A DNA stretch of 64,000 nt from Carcharhinus amblyrhynchos (taxonomy: Eukaryota): assembly GCA_965287045.1 (NCBI GenBank), contig OZ336885.1, positions 17,236,001 through 17,300,000 of the forward strand. The letters run 5' to 3'. The notes under the pieces are model-generated. The model was given only the letters and a program-made list of their open reading frames with translations, made no database searches and was not told the DNA's origin. This document shows, one piece after another, positions 61,386 through 64,000 of this stretch (position 1 is the stretch's first letter; the number at the start of each line of letters is the position of its first letter). Position numbers and translations under genes: made by a program.

Positions 61386-63764
61386 TTCGACTTTTTTAAA
61401 AAAAAACAAAATAGACGACTGTTACATATTTTCAGAGGAGATTATTTTGCCACATCGATTTAGATCTAGAAAATTATCTACAAATCATTGTTCAGCATTG
61501 TCTCCCTCATTTTGATCACATGCCAAAGTGTACAATTAAACACACTCGCATTGTTTCTGCCATCTGATGCAGACCTTCAGAATTTTAACCATGCGCAATG
61601 CAAACGTAAGAATAAATTGTAGACTGGCTTGGGATTTGCTCAAGATCTTAGACCCTACTTACAAACCGAAGATAAATTTGGAAAACTTGATATTGGAACT
61701 GACCTTTACAGCTTGCCAAACATGTGTTGTGACTTGCATAACGTTATGGTGTAATATCTGTCACATGTGGTACTTTCAATAAACTTTTACATATCACAAA
61801 TAAATGCCTGAGATGAATCTTTTCAGCGTTGTTTGCGAATCTTGATGGGACAGGGCGGATTGTTGCTTTTGATGTGACAGAATACTATTCCATCATTCCG
61901 TCAGTTCTGCTGAAATGGAATGTTGAATATCCTCCACATATGGATACGCTGAACAGCTCCGTCACTTATTTGAGCCACACTGCCTGTATCTACACAATCT
62001 GTCCATTTTCACATCCAGAAACAAACCTGGAGCCCATCATTTTACGACACGGTAATTTATAGTCACCTCGTTGCTCTCCCTCACACGAATGGAAACACTG
62101 TTAACCATCAGACCCTCACAATGAATTGCTCTCTATGTAGAAACTGGAATTCGGTAACATTTTTTTCACACAAAAATAAATAAGAATCACACACGTAGCG
62201 CTCCCATGGCCTCTGAAGCATTCTTTCTTCTGCACGCGCCTCCCCAGGTTATTTATGTTAAATTATGGTCGCTGCAGCATAATGTGAAAATCAAGCAAGT
62301 GTGTGGGGCCAACTGCCCTGATTTGAGCAGCTAAATGAGTTTCAGCAGCGGGTTGGTTAGCCACACTACAACGGTATGAGTTAGCCATTTGGATTTACAT
62401 TTCAAACATGTCTCTGTGGTTCGCAGCTGTCCCCCTAACCCAGCTGGAGAACAAAAAATAAACTTCTCACAGTGTAAATGTCAAACTTCTAACAGGATGG
62501 GGAGAAAGTTGCCAAACAAAGCACTTCCCTTTAACTGGAAATGCTGTTTGTGCGCAAAAAATCTGAAGCCAAAGGGAAAGGCTACAGTAGAATTTCATAA
62601 ATAAAGTCAGATCTTGTCAAATTGCGTACAACATTTGTAGGTTCTTTTTTCCCTCCCATGAACACAACGGAGTAAGCTGAAAATCATGTGTCTTCTGGAA
62701 AAGAAGTGCCAAATGGGAAAAGGAAATAAGCAACGTGGGCACACTTTAAAGCGTATACCTATTTGTAACAGTAAAGGTCAAAGTAGTTCAGATCAGTGTG
62801 TATTTTTCCAATGGTTTCCAGTGTAGCCTTTGCAGTTCCATTGGTATTGATGTAAGTAATCCGCAGATTGTCGTTTCTCTTTCAACATGGTGCAACTGAG
62901 TACGAGTCTGTTTGCAATTGAATTTGTAACATACTGTTGCGAGCCACATGTGTTCATGGTAAATGCTTTCAAGTGAACATTGCTTGGGGCATAAGATATT
63001 GTTTACAGTGAGGTTTACAGTCTAATCCTTGTGTGCGTGTTCCCAGAGCACATTAGAGAAAAATGGAATGCGATAAGTTAGAATAGCTGGCCAATACTTT
63101 TACCCTGCTTTTGTTGCCGGGTGCCAATGCCCATGAGTCAGGGCAGGCCAGAAGGAGGCGGCCATAACACCAGCTGCTGTTCAGCTGGAGGATGGTGAGA
63201 CGATGCGGGTGGTAAGTGGGATCAGAGTTTGGTTACAGCAACAGCTGCAGTAACAGAATGGCCAGCAATCTGGGCACGCAGACCAACATTGCTGACAAAA
63301 ACCTATTTCTAAGTTATTGGTAGTGTTTCTGGAAGGTGGACCAGCGACTAACTGTAAACCCACCACAAATTCTCATGTTTTCCTACTTAAAGAAGTATCA
63401 GTGCATGATATGTTTATCAAATCAAGGCTGCCAACAGTATGAAGATTAACAATGTGATTACTGGCAATCAAGATTTCCAACATAGTTGTCAAGGATTAAT
63501 TCATATGTTGCTAAAAATAACTGTAGTATTCTGACATCTCATCAATCAAAGCAGAGAGGTGCTTGAAAAAGTCCATAAAATAAGAATAAAAGTCTTAAAC
63601 ATTGTTTAAAATATGATTTCTTTAGACTGTTCACTGGATACTCTGTTCATTACTTTCAACTAAAGAGAATTTAGCCCAAAATAGACAAATATGCCCCTTT
63701 AAACGACTGAGTAACCTCCCATTTACGTGTCACACTTGAAATAGAATCGTTGAATAAAATTGCA

Positions 63765-64000
63765 GAATCCCTACAGGGCAGAAGGTGGTCGTTCAGCCCA
63801 TCCAGACATCGACAACAATTCTACCCATGCCCTATCCCCATAACTGCACATATTTACCCTGCTAATCGCCCTGACACTAAGGATCAATTTAGCATGGCCA
63901 ATCAACCTAATTTACACATCTCTGGACTTTGGGAGGTATCGGGAGCACCCAGAGAAAACCTACACAGTCATCCGAGTCTTGAATCGAGCCCAGGTCCGTT
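63765..64000 (-). mobile_element. HE1-type SINE, type A (runs off the window)
   Basis: agaatccctacagggcag tail and V-domain. Confidence 0.8.

Overview
Eukaryotic, repeat-rich vertebrate DNA. It is almost certainly from a cartilaginous fish (shark), inferred from abundant HE1-type V-SINEs, HER1/CR1 LINEs and SacSINE1-like DeuSINEs. The window looks intronic or intergenic, and no named host gene can be recognised. Nearly all listed ORFs are transposon-derived or spurious. Contents: CR1 LINEs of several ages (including a very young subfamily and ORF1 zinc-finger/esterase remnants), Rex1/Babar and L2 fragments, three tRNA-SINE families, a decayed Gypsy LTR element, Penelope-like elements (PLEs), and a family of GGG...CCC-ended MITEs. 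The strongest structure is a ~975 bp near-perfect palindrome (35288-36263). It is formed by an inverted Penelope 3' end carrying a GIY-YIG endonuclease C-terminus and a minimal hammerhead ribozyme on each strand. A ~210 bp non-coding relative sits inside the Gypsy gag zinc knuckle (44085-44292). A few unassigned candidate exons are reported at low confidence, one with an ITIM-like motif and one with a GPI-like tail. All calls were made by eye; repeat boundaries are approximate unless junction sequences are quoted.
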